Source: Myxococcota bacterium
GTDB lineage: Bacteria > Myxococcota_A > Polyangia > Nannocystales > Nannocystaceae
Length of the DNA stretch: 64,000 bases
Direction of reading: 5' to 3'
Assembly (NCBI GenBank): GCA_039028615.1
Contig: JBCCHT010000036.1
Location: forward strand, 64,861-128,860
The position numbers were made by a program, and so were the translations under genes. Numbering within the stretch: position 1 is the first letter of the stretch; each line of letters starts with the position of its first letter. This document shows positions 25,628-36,554 of the stretch, piece after piece. The notes under the pieces were generated by a model. It was given only the letters and a program-made list of their open reading frames with translations, was not told the origin of the DNA and searched no databases.

Positions 25628-26445
25628 GACCAGCGCACCCTTTGAGCGTCGAAGACGGGGCCGTCCGTGCAGCAGTACTCGTACGAGCGCTCGCCGTACA
25701 CGGGCACCGCACACCCGAGGCAGACCCCGAAGCCGCAGGCCATTTCCTCTTCGAGGCACAGCGAGGTGGGCACCTCGCGGGACAGCGCCAGGGTGCGCAC
25801 CGCCTTGAGCATGGGCGTGGGGCCGCAGGACAGCACGTGCACCGACTCTTTGCGGCTCGCGGCCAGCTCGAGGCGTCGGGCGAGCGGCACGGTGACGAAG
25901 CCGGCCTCGCCGACGCTGCCGTCTTCGGTGGCCAGGTGCATGGTCACGCCCCACTGCTCGAAGTCGGACAGCAGCACCAGGTCGTTTTCGTCGCGCCCGC
26001 CGTAGAGCAGCTCGACGCGGTCGGCCAAGCCGGCCTCGACGGCGCGTCGCGCCTGCAGGTGCAGCGGCGGCAAACCGACGCCGCCGGCCACGAGCAGCTG
26101 CGTAGGCCCATCGGCGGAGGGTGTATCGAAGGTGCCGCGTCCCAGCGGACCGGTGACGGTGATGGGGGCCCCCTCGCTCGCCTCGCACAGCGCGGTGGTG
26201 CCCCGCCCGTAGGCCTTGAGCATCACCGAAAAGCGGCCGTCGGCCGAGGCCTCGAGCACGGAAAACGCCCGCGGGTTGACCAGATCCCGGCCCCAATCGC
26301 CGCGAAGCATGACGAATTGACCGGGAACGGTATCGGCGAGCGGAGCGGGGTCGGTCGGACCTTGCATGGTCAGGACCACGTACCCGCCACGTAGGGACCG
26401 ATTGTCCACGACCCGTGACTGAAACTGCGAGGGCGAGGTCGCCAC
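25624..26445 (-). CDS. pyrK: Dihydroorotate dehydrogenase electron-transfer subunit
   Basis: PGQFVML, RAFS, GPLGRG, VAGGVGLPP, CGPTPM, MACGFGVCLGC...CTDGPVF; start approximate. Confidence 0.92.
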   Translation of the reverse strand: MATSPSQFQSRVVDNRSLRGGYVVLTMQGPTDPAPLADTVPGQFVMLRGDWGRDLVNPRAFSVLEASADGRFSVMLKAYGRGTTALCEASEGAPITVTGPLGRGTFDTPSADGPTQLLVAGGVGLPPLHLQARRAVEAGLADRVELLYGGRDENDLVLLSDFEQWGVTMHLATEDGSVGEAGFVTVPLARRLELAASRKESVHVLSCGPTPMLKAVRTLALSREVPTSLCLEEEMACGFGVCLGCAVPVYGERSYEYCCTDGPVFDAQRVRWS

Positions 26446-26618
26446 GGGCCGGTTAGTTAGTCCAGGTGCCGCCGGCCGTCCACTCGCGGAGCCAGGCCCG
26501 CGTGAAACGAGCAGAGCGTCGTCCCAGGGCCCCCGCGACGCGATGTCGGTGATGCGAGGAAGCCGCGGCACGGGAGATCCGCGATCGGCGGCTTGCGGCG
26601 GGAGGGCGATCTCGTACT

Positions 26619-27104
26619 TCAGCCCGAGGACGACCCAGCCCCGGGCAGCATCCGCTGCATGACCAGCGCATCGTCGGGGGGCTCGCGGTAGTAGCCACGA
26701 CGCAGCCCGATGCGCTCGAACGCGAACCGCTCGTACAGCGAGACGGCCGGCACGTTGCTCGCCCCGACCTCGAGAATGATGCGCTCGCAGCCCGCGGCCG
26801 TGGCCCGATCGACCACCGACGAGAGCATCATGCGCCCGAGGCCGCCGCGGCGGTGACGGGCGAGGGTGGCGATGCGGAGCAGATGCGCCTCGTCGCCCAC
26901 GATCCAGGTGCAGCTCAGGCCGATGATCGTGCCCGCCCGCTCGACGACATACAGTTGAGCAAAGGGCCGCTCGAACTCCTGCTCGTAGACCTCGGTCGAC
27001 CAGGCCCGACCGAAGCAGGCGGCGTCCAGCTGGGCAATGGCGGGCAGATCCGCCGCGGTTGCGGGGCGCTCGCCGCCCGCATGGGCCCGCCCGCCCGCCG
27101 TCAC
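26619..27104 (-). CDS. rimI: RimI-like GNAT N-acetyltransferase
   Basis: DEAHLLRIAT...RRGGLG...LEVGASNVPAVSLYERFAF...RRGYY...DDALVM; GTGA overlap with engB. Confidence 0.85.
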   Translation of the reverse strand: MTAGGRAHAGGERPATAADLPAIAQLDAACFGRAWSTEVYEQEFERPFAQLYVVERAGTIIGLSCTWIVGDEAHLLRIATLARHRRGGLGRMMLSSVVDRATAAGCERIILEVGASNVPAVSLYERFAFERIGLRRGYYREPPDDALVMQRMLPGAGSSSG

Positions 27105-27757
27105 TCGGGCTCCGCCAGCGCGGCCAACTCGGCCGCCAACCCATCTGGACCGGAGATCCCCAGCCCCGCGCTGGCCGACGTCAGCAGCACGTCGCGGGGC
27201 TTGGCGCCGACGTCCTTGGCCAGGGTGCGTCGCAGCAGGCCGCGCTTGGACGCCCCCAGCTTGTCGCACTTGGTCGCCACCAGCAGGCTGGGCAGTTCTT
27301 GCTCGCTGGCGAACTGCAGCAGGTCGAGATCGTCGTCGCGAAAGGAACCCCGACGAGCATCGACGAGCACGATGAGCGCCCGCAGGGACTCGCGATCGGT
27401 CAGGTAGCCCTCGATCATCGGCGCAAACGACTGGCGAATCTCGGCCCGAGCGGCCGCGAAACCGTAGCCAGGCAGGTCTACGACCCGGATCGAACGCTGG
27501 GCGTCGCCCGGACCCCGCAGCTCGACATCGAAGACGTTGAGCAGCTGGGTCCGCCCCGGCGTCCGGCTCACCCGGGCCAGGCCTCGTCGCCCGGTCAGCG
27601 CGTTGAGCAGGCTCGATTTACCCACATTGGAGCGGCCCGCGAAGGCCACCTCGGGTCGGTCGGCGGGGGGACAGCCGGCGACGTCCGGGGCACTGATCAC
27701 GAACTGGGCCTCAACGACCCGCCAACCGCCTTTGGAGGGTTCGCCCATCGACCGCAT
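27101..27757 (-). CDS. engB: Ribosome biogenesis GTPase YihA/YsxC
   Basis: EVAFAGRSNVGKSSLLN, SRTPGRT, DLPGYG, TKCDK. Confidence 0.95.
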   Translation of the reverse strand: MRSMGEPSKGGWRVVEAQFVISAPDVAGCPPADRPEVAFAGRSNVGKSSLLNALTGRRGLARVSRTPGRTQLLNVFDVELRGPGDAQRSIRVVDLPGYGFAAARAEIRQSFAPMIEGYLTDRESLRALIVLVDARRGSFRDDDLDLLQFASEQELPSLLVATKCDKLGASKRGLLRRTLAKDVGAKPRDVLLTSASAGLGISGPDGLAAELAALAEPE

Positions 27758-27822
27758 CCCTACCAGGCACCGACCGCGTCGGGAAGTCTCCCCGGCGGGC
27801 GGAAGCTGGTACCCTCCTCGGC

Positions 27823-28809
27823 ATGGATGTGTATGGCCTCACTGGCGGCATCGGCAGCGGCAAGTCGACCGTGGCCGATCTGCTCGAGGAGTACGGGGTT
27901 CCCGTCGTCTCCGCCGACGAGCTGTCGCGCGTGGTCGTCGCCCGCGGCAGCGAGGGGCTGCAAGCGGTGGTCGACAAGTTCGGGGCCGAGGTCGTCGACG
28001 CCAACGGTGATCTCGACCGCCGCCGCATGGCCAGCATCGTGTTCGGGGACGCCGAGCGTCGGCGCGAGCTCGAGGCCATCTTGCACCCGCGGATCCGCGA
28101 CCGCTTCGAGCAGGTCCTCGATGCGCTCGAGAAGGCCGGCCACGAAGTCTGCGTGTACGAGGTGCCGCTGCTGTTCGAGCGCAACCTCCAAGGCGAGATG
28201 AAGGCGGTGCTGCTGGTCACCGCGCCCATCGAGGATCGCGTGGCCCGCGTGCGCGCCCGCGACAATGTCACCGAGACCGAGGTCCGAGCGCGTATCGCCG
28301 CGCAAATGGACGAAGAGACCAAGCGACGCCGCGCCGACTACATCGTCGAGAACACGGGCAGCCTCGACGACCTGCGCCGCGAGGTGGAGTTCTTGCTCGC
28401 TCGCTTCCTGCGGGTCGGGCACACCGCTCGCCGCCCCGGCGGGCTCGAGACCACGTCCGGGACCATCGCGCCCGACACCACCCTGCCTCCTTCCGTGCCC
28501 GAGCCTCCCGCTGGCGCGGCGCGCCCGGCCGAAGACCTCCCCAGCAGCCGTCCGACGGCCGTGCCCACCGGAGCTCCGTCGACTCCGTCGGCGCCCATCA
28601 ATCGCGAGCTGCCCGACGAAGAGCCCCCGCCCGGGCCCCCCACGATTCAAGACACCGGGCCGCCCCCTCGCGCCACGCCGGACACGATTCACCCCGTGGG
28701 CCCACCGCCGACGCCGACCGCTCCGCCGGCCGCCGCGGGGCAAGAGGGCAAGCCAGAGCACGAACGGATCACTCGGATCGACGTCGGACCGCCGGGCAAG
28801 AAGACCTGA
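27823..28809 (+). CDS. coaE: Dephospho-CoA kinase with Pro-rich C-terminal extension
   Basis: GLTGGIGSGKST, LDRRRMASIVF, LEAILHP, PLLFE, RIAAQM, ADYIVEN. Confidence 0.93.
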   Translation: MDVYGLTGGIGSGKSTVADLLEEYGVPVVSADELSRVVVARGSEGLQAVVDKFGAEVVDANGDLDRRRMASIVFGDAERRRELEAILHPRIRDRFEQVLDALEKAGHEVCVYEVPLLFERNLQGEMKAVLLVTAPIEDRVARVRARDNVTETEVRARIAAQMDEETKRRRADYIVENTGSLDDLRREVEFLLARFLRVGHTARRPGGLETTSGTIAPDTTLPPSVPEPPAGAARPAEDLPSSRPTAVPTGAPSTPSAPINRELPDEEPPPGPPTIQDTGPPPRATPDTIHPVGPPPTPTAPPAAAGQEGKPEHERITRIDVGPPGKKT

Positions 28810-28909
28810 CCTGAACGGTTGAATCGCTGAAGACCAACTTCGGCGAATGGCCGGATTGAACGCCGATCCGTCGAGAAGCCGCGGGGCCTGATAAGCTTCG
28901 TGCCGCCCG

Positions 28910-30628
28910 ATGGCTTCTCCTCCCAAGTCGCCCCCGAAGAAAATGGTGCCTCCGCCTCCACCCATCGGTGGGGTGCGACGAGCCGCAAAGAAAGCGACGC
29001 CGAAGACCTCGACCCCCGAAGCCGCGAAGTCCGAGACCGAAGGGGACCCGAAGGCCACGCGCGATGCCGCGCCGGAGAAGACCGAAACCTCGTCGGCGAA
29101 GCCCTCGAGCCCGCCCGTCGCGGACGAAGCCAACCCGTTCGAGGACAACGCGACCGCTCGCTGGCCCAATGTCGATGCACCCATCGCGTCGGACGACGGA
29201 CCGAGCGACACCTCGATCCCGGACATCGAACCGACGGAGTCCTCCCCGGGCGCGCCCCGGCCTCCCGTACTGACCTCGCGTGTGCGCACGGGCAGCTCGC
29301 CCCTACCCGCCCCGCCGCCGTTCACCTCCGAGCCGGACGCGCCGTCGAACACCAAGCTGGTGACGGGCCTGGACGGGTCCGACGAGACGCCGTCCGGCCG
29401 GATCACGGCGCCGACCCGATCGGCCACGCCCGTCGGGGAAGCCGAGGCCAGCACCAGCGCGAAGGAAGAACAACCCGCGCCCGCGCCCGCGCCACCCAAG
29501 CTGCCCATGCCGAGCATGCTGCGAGACGGCAAGGAAGCGCCGGCCGCGGACTTTCGGGCCAAGCCGCGACCTCGAGCCTCCGCCAAGGCAGCCGCGATGC
29601 CGCCTCCGCGCGGCATGGTGCCGCCCAAGCTCGGTGCCGAACAAGACGAAGGCGAACGCAAGCTCAACCCCGGCGACACGGCGAGCTTCGTCGCGGCCGT
29701 GGCCGTCGAGCTCATGCAGGAGGCGAGCGCCGAAGAGGAGGCGGTGTCTCCCGCGGCGGCATCGATGGCGGGGGCCAAGGCACGAGCCGAGAGCGAGACC
29801 GAAAAGGCGGCCGTCGTGGTCCCGCCCGCGACCGCAGCGGCGAACGACGACGGGCCCCGCAAGGGCGCGCTGTGGATCGGCGGAGCGATCGCAGCCGTGC
29901 TGGTGTTCGGTGGGATCTGGTGGATGACGTCGGGCGACGACGAGCCACCGACCGGGACTTCGAACACGGTGGCCGCGGCCGAGCCAGAACCCGAGCCCAA
30001 GCCCCCCGTCGCCGAACCCGAACCGGAGCCGATCCCGGCCGCCGCGGGAAGCACTGGTGGCACGGGAGGTACCGAGGACACGGGGGCTGGGTCCACCGGG
30101 ACCGGGGACGACGGGTCGGGCACGCAGGGCTCGGACGGCAGCAGCGACTCCGGCACGGGCGGTTCGGGCACCAACGACACCGGGGGCTCGGACACCGGTT
30201 CCGACACCGAAGGCGCGACGGAAACCGGGGATGAAATCATCGAAGACGAGCCCGTCGCCGCCGCCAGTTCACGCCCGCGCAGCCGCCGACCGAAACCCAA
30301 GCCCCCGGCGGACTCCACCTCCAAGCCCACGCCGCCCAAGCCCAAGCCCAAGCCCAAGCCGGAGACGAAGCCGCTGTCGCCCTCCGACCTGCTGGCCAAG
30401 GCCCGCACCGCGTACAAGTCGGGCAAGGGCGCCGCGGCCTACGGCTTCGCGAGCAAGAGCTACCGACAGGGCAAGAGCAACGCCGCGGCCGAACTCATGA
30501 CCCTGGCCGCGTGCCAGATGAAGAACCCGGCCAAGGCCAAGGCCGCGCTGCGCAACGTTCCCCTGCTGAGCCGCAATCGCGTGCGCTCGACCTGCAAGTC
30601 GAAGCACGGCGTGAAGATCGGGCTCTGA
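28910..30628 (+). CDS. Single-pass membrane protein with low-complexity Pro/Gly/Thr regions and a Cys-containing C-terminal domain
   Basis: One TM segment (ALWIGGAIAAVLVFGGIWW); C-terminal LAACQMK...RSTC; host-like codon usage. Confidence 0.7.
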   Translation: MASPPKSPPKKMVPPPPPIGGVRRAAKKATPKTSTPEAAKSETEGDPKATRDAAPEKTETSSAKPSSPPVADEANPFEDNATARWPNVDAPIASDDGPSDTSIPDIEPTESSPGAPRPPVLTSRVRTGSSPLPAPPPFTSEPDAPSNTKLVTGLDGSDETPSGRITAPTRSATPVGEAEASTSAKEEQPAPAPAPPKLPMPSMLRDGKEAPAADFRAKPRPRASAKAAAMPPPRGMVPPKLGAEQDEGERKLNPGDTASFVAAVAVELMQEASAEEEAVSPAAASMAGAKARAESETEKAAVVVPPATAAANDDGPRKGALWIGGAIAAVLVFGGIWWMTSGDDEPPTGTSNTVAAAEPEPEPKPPVAEPEPEPIPAAAGSTGGTGGTEDTGAGSTGTGDDGSGTQGSDGSSDSGTGGSGTNDTGGSDTGSDTEGATETGDEIIEDEPVAAASSRPRSRRPKPKPPADSTSKPTPPKPKPKPKPETKPLSPSDLLAKARTAYKSGKGAAAYGFASKSYRQGKSNAAAELMTLAACQMKNPAKAKAALRNVPLLSRNRVRSTCKSKHGVKIGL

Positions 30629-30655
30629 GGCCCCCTGCCCTCGTTCGGCGCGGGC

Positions 30656-31531
30656 TCAGCCGCCGCGTCGCGGCCAACGACCCAGGCTCGCGACGAGGAG
30701 CCCGAGCGCAATGAAGCCGGCCAGCACCGAGGCGTGCCCGAACAGCAGGTGCTGCGGCTCGACCAAGGGGCAGTGCAGGAACACGCCCAAGCACCCCACC
30801 GAGCCGGCCAACACCACCGCCAGCCCCCGCGGCATGCCAAAGGGACCACGGCTCCGCGACACGAACCCGAGGATCACCAGGATCGGCAGACCGAGCAGCG
30901 TGCCCACCGAGATGCACAGCACGGCTCGCGGGATCAAGGCGTCACCGACACCGCCCATCGATGCGGGGTGATCGTGGTGCGCGGGCATGAGCATCGGGCC
31001 CACCAGCACCGCCCCCACGGCGAGCGCCAACGCCAAGAACTCCACCCATCGTGGCCACGCCGAGCGATGCAGTGGACGCATGACGATGGCCAGGATGACC
31101 AAGACCGGTAGGGTCAAGACCGACAGGTCGAGGGCCAGTCGCCCCAGGGGGTACACGGAGAGATCCAGTCGGGCCCACGCCACCAGCACGAAGGCGATGA
31201 CGGCGACCACCATCCCGGCCACCATCGCCACGCGGGCGGGCGTGGAGCGGCTGTGGATCCACGAGGCTGGGCCCTGCTCCTCCTCGATGGAGGCGTCAAT
31301 CTCCGCCCAGAGACCATCGAGCTGGGCCTCGGCCGACGGAGGCTCGGCGCTGGCGTCGAGCGCATCGGCAAAGGTAGGACCGCCGTCGATGAGCTCGGCG
31401 CAAGCAGGACAGCCATTGACGTGCGACTCGAGATCGGTCCCCTCGACCGATCCGCCCTCGCGCATGATGGCGTGAACCTGCTGGCACTGGGTCTCCACGG
31501 CTACCCCCGCAGTATTCCGACGCTCGGTCAC
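30656..31531 (-). CDS. Putative membrane anti-sigma factor (zinc-binding HxxxCxxC, NrsF-like)
   Basis: HVNGCPAC, about 6 TM helices, LHCP...HLLFGH; directly after the ECF sigma gene. Confidence 0.75.
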   Translation of the reverse strand: MTERRNTAGVAVETQCQQVHAIMREGGSVEGTDLESHVNGCPACAELIDGGPTFADALDASAEPPSAEAQLDGLWAEIDASIEEEQGPASWIHSRSTPARVAMVAGMVVAVIAFVLVAWARLDLSVYPLGRLALDLSVLTLPVLVILAIVMRPLHRSAWPRWVEFLALALAVGAVLVGPMLMPAHHDHPASMGGVGDALIPRAVLCISVGTLLGLPILVILGFVSRSRGPFGMPRGLAVVLAGSVGCLGVFLHCPLVEPQHLLFGHASVLAGFIALGLLVASLGRWPRRGG

Positions 31532-31534
31532 CGG

Positions 31535-32083
31535 TTACACCTTGCCGCCCATGGTTTCGCGCAGCTTGTTGTAGCCACGGTGTGCCCGCACTTTGACCGC
31601 AGACTGGCTTGCGCCCACGACTGCGGCGATCTCGCGGAACGACAGGCCCTCGAACCAGTGAAGTACGATGACCTCCCGCTGCGCGTCAGGGAGTTTCTGT
31701 AGCGCAGCCCGCAGCTGCACGTCGCCGACTCTCGCCTCCGGGTTCCCCCTAGGCGCAACCGGGTCGATTCCGCCGTCCTCGGCATCGAGGGAACTCTCGG
31801 GTCGCCGACCCAAGCGACGAAAGTGCTGCCGCTTGAGGTTGAGCGCGATGGTGAACAGCCACGGCCGCAGCTTGGCGTCCACCCGAAAATCGTTGCGCGC
31901 TCGATGCAGCTGCAAGAACGTCTGCTGCACCAAGTCGTGAGCGTCTTCGGCGCGACTCATGTCCCGCTGCATCAGCCGTTGCAGCCGGGGACCGTAGCGA
32001 GCAAAGAGCTCGGCAAACGCGGACCTGTCACCGCCAACATAGGCGGCCATCAGCTCCTCGTCGCTCATCGCGCCAGCGCTCAC
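31535..32083 (-). CDS. ECF RNA polymerase sigma factor
   Basis: SDEELM...AFAELF...DLVQQTF...WLFTIALN...LPDAQREV...GLSFREIA...VKVRAHRG. Confidence 0.93.
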   Translation of the reverse strand: MSAGAMSDEELMAAYVGGDRSAFAELFARYGPRLQRLMQRDMSRAEDAHDLVQQTFLQLHRARNDFRVDAKLRPWLFTIALNLKRQHFRRLGRRPESSLDAEDGGIDPVAPRGNPEARVGDVQLRAALQKLPDAQREVIVLHWFEGLSFREIAAVVGASQSAVKVRAHRGYNKLRETMGGKV

Positions 32084-32089
32084 GCGGCG

Positions 32090-32890
32090 CTAACCATACC
32101 CGAGGCAGGACGCGAGCGCGTCAAAGGTAGGAGCCGCCCGCGCCTCGATCCGTAAATCGACCTTGTCGGAGATCGTACTGCGGCCCGGGTTGATCTCGGC
32201 GGTGCGAGCCCCCCAACGCGGCGCCAGCAGCACTGGAGCGGCAATATAAGGAAATACGGCGGTGGTCCCGACGACCAGCACCACACAAAACCCACGTTCG
32301 ATCTCTCGCTCGAGGCGGGTGACCGCGGCCTCGGGTAACGCCTCACCAAAGAGCACGACCCGCGGCCGAATGCCCGCGCCGCAGCGAGGGCAGCGAGGGG
32401 GACGCTCGAGCTCGGCGTAGTCGGGGACCCTGCGCTCCCACTCGCAGCGGGTGCAGTGAAGCTCGTGCACGTTGCCGTGCATCTCGATGAGCTCGCGCGA
32501 GCCCGCGCTGCGATGCAGGCCGTCGACGTTCTGCGTCAGCACCACCACGTCGAGGTGGCGCTCGAGCTCGCGGATGACCTCGTGCGCGCGGTTGGGCTGG
32601 GCGTCGCGACACGCCTGCTCGACCTGGCCGATGTACTTCCAGCACACCTCGGGCCGTAGCTGCATCATGCGCCCGGACAGCGCGTCTTCGATCTCGAGCC
32701 CGTCTTCGGTGGTGGCGTCATCGTACAGGCCGCCCACGCCACGGTAGGTGGGCAACCCGGAGTCGGCCGAGATGCCCGCCCCGGTGACGATGAGCAGTCT
32801 CGACGCATTGCGGATCCATTGCGCGAGGCGCTGGAGCTCCGCAGACGTCGAGAGCGCTAGGTCTTCGCTCGCCGGCGACAACGGGACCAA
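32090..32890 (-). CDS. cobB: NAD-dependent protein deacylase (sirtuin)
   Basis: TGAGISADSGLPTYRG, TQNVDGLH, HG, two CxxC, RPRVVLFGE, EINP. Confidence 0.92.
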   Translation of the reverse strand: MVPLSPASEDLALSTSAELQRLAQWIRNASRLLIVTGAGISADSGLPTYRGVGGLYDDATTEDGLEIEDALSGRMMQLRPEVCWKYIGQVEQACRDAQPNRAHEVIRELERHLDVVVLTQNVDGLHRSAGSRELIEMHGNVHELHCTRCEWERRVPDYAELERPPRCPRCGAGIRPRVVLFGEALPEAAVTRLEREIERGFCVVLVVGTTAVFPYIAAPVLLAPRWGARTAEINPGRSTISDKVDLRIEARAAPTFDALASCLGYG

Positions 32891-33042
32891 GCATGACGTG
32901 CGATCGCGGGGCTCACAAGCCGAGGGGGACCGTCGGCCACTCCCGAGGCGTGTTGCCGACGTCCCAATTCGGATGACTCGACACCCCGTGAACGGAGCAT
33001 CGAGTGACGGTCGCGAGCCTCGCCGTGTCGGCGACTCGGGGC

Positions 33043-34872
<1,830 letters not shown>

Positions 34873-34919
34873 GCTCTGCTCGCTGGTGGCCCGTGCGAGG
34901 GCACTGCCGAGGTGCGAGG

Positions 34920-36377
34920 CTAGGTTACTTTGATCGATTTGAGAAGAGCACGGGCCTGAGGATCCTTGGGCCGCACCCGCTGCACGAGCAGCGCCTGTTC
35001 CCGCGCCGACTGCCCCTGGCCGGCAGCCAAGAACGCGCGCGCGACCATCATTCGGAGGTCCGCCACGGCATTGGGGCGCAACGGGGCATCGCTCGTTTCG
35101 TTCTCCGTCAGCAGCTGCAACGCTCGCATGGCGAGATCACGAGCTTTACCGACGTCCTGCTCCCGGACAGCGTCCGCGGCGTGAGCCAGGTGTTCCAGCG
35201 TCGGATCGGCATCGGCCGCCTCGAGGAACAAGGGAAGCGCTTCGGCGAAGTGCCCGACCTCCACCAGAGAGCACGCACGCGCAAAAGCGCCCTTTGCGCG
35301 ACCTTGTCGGGCGATTTGTCGGGAGTCCTCCCAACGACGCCGAATGTCGGGGTCATCGGGCGACAGCTGGAGCGCCAACCGGTAGTTATTCGCCGCCCGA
35401 GCGTAGTTTTCTTCGCCTTCCGCCTCGGTGGCGGCGGCCAGGTGTTCCTGGACCTTGGTCAGGGTGGCGGTGGCGATGCGCTGCCGCTGGCGTTCGTTTC
35501 GCCGGGCATCGCGGGCGGCTCGACGCTCGGCCCGCTGCTCTTGCTCCCGCCGCAGGCGGAGCTCCTCGGCGGCCCGGGCCGCCGCTTCGCGCTGGGCCTC
35601 GAGCTGCTTCTTTCGCAGTCGCTCCGCTTCGACCTGGGCCACCAGGGGCTGACGAACCTCGGACTTTTGCAGGTCTTGGTAGGCCGTCTTGGCCGCCGCG
35701 AACAACCCGGCCAAAACCTCGCGAAACCGCCCCAGCTCGCGGCCGTGGTACGCGTCGGGGTGAAATGTTCGGCTGGCGTCGCGAAATGCCGAACGAATGA
35801 CCTTGAGGTCGTCGGTGGGATGGAGCGACAGGATGTCGAAGGGGCTCAGCTCGGCCCGCCGATCCTCGAGCGCCAACAGATGTCGCTGGGTGTCGACGGG
35901 CAGACCCAGTGACGCATCGAGCCGCTCGTCGTCGGGCGCGACCAAAGGCGGGACGAAGTCGTTCGGCGTGGGCTCGGCTTCGGACGCGGGCTCGGCCGTC
36001 GGCGTGTTGTTGCGGGGCCGCGTCGATGCCGAGCCGGAGCCGGAGTCTTGCCGCACTTGAGCCCCCAGCTGTTGTCGCAGCAGGCGGCGCCGACGGTCGG
36101 CGGCCTGGCTGCGCAGCTCGGGGCTGGTCTGGATCCGCCGTCGCGGCGACGGCTTGGTCGCGCTGCCGTTTTCGCGTTCGAGCGCGCCCAGCTCGAGCAG
36201 CCGCTCGAGGATCTGCTCGGTCTCCGCCGCTCCGAGCCCGCTCGCTCCAATGATCTCCGCCACCGAGCCCTGCCCCTCGATGCGGCTGAGCACGAAGTAC
36301 TCCTGGGGGCCCAAGGCCAGGGTCTCGGGCCGCACCCCGGGCTTGACCCGTAGGCGCAAGGTGCGTGCGAGACTCAC
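34920..36377 (-). CDS. J-domain plus TPR co-chaperone-like protein
   Basis: PFDILSL...IRSAFRDASRTFHPD...AYQDL J-domain, a coiled coil and TPR-like helices; upstream of the Hsp70 paralog. Confidence 0.8.
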   Translation of the reverse strand: MSLARTLRLRVKPGVRPETLALGPQEYFVLSRIEGQGSVAEIIGASGLGAAETEQILERLLELGALERENGSATKPSPRRRIQTSPELRSQAADRRRRLLRQQLGAQVRQDSGSGSASTRPRNNTPTAEPASEAEPTPNDFVPPLVAPDDERLDASLGLPVDTQRHLLALEDRRAELSPFDILSLHPTDDLKVIRSAFRDASRTFHPDAYHGRELGRFREVLAGLFAAAKTAYQDLQKSEVRQPLVAQVEAERLRKKQLEAQREAAARAAEELRLRREQEQRAERRAARDARRNERQRQRIATATLTKVQEHLAAATEAEGEENYARAANNYRLALQLSPDDPDIRRRWEDSRQIARQGRAKGAFARACSLVEVGHFAEALPLFLEAADADPTLEHLAHAADAVREQDVGKARDLAMRALQLLTENETSDAPLRPNAVADLRMMVARAFLAAGQGQSAREQALLVQRVRPKDPQARALLKSIKVT

Positions 36378-36554
36378 CCCCCTACTCTAGCCCTACAGGG
36401 GCCTCAGGCACATTCTGCGACGAATCGGCCAGGTTGGCCCCCGCCTTCGTGGCATCGAGCGATAACGCCCTCGACCAGCCCCTGGGCCGCGCGTGATCGA
36501 CGCAGATCGACGGAACTTCGATCGAGCCGTCGGACGAGCGTGCTCGAACCGTGC

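Noticed and set aside
26446..26618. rimI-pyrK gap as a PyrR attenuator or 6S RNA
   Set aside because: No PyrR-binding loop, terminator or 6S signature recognised; it may simply be an N-terminal extension of pyrK.
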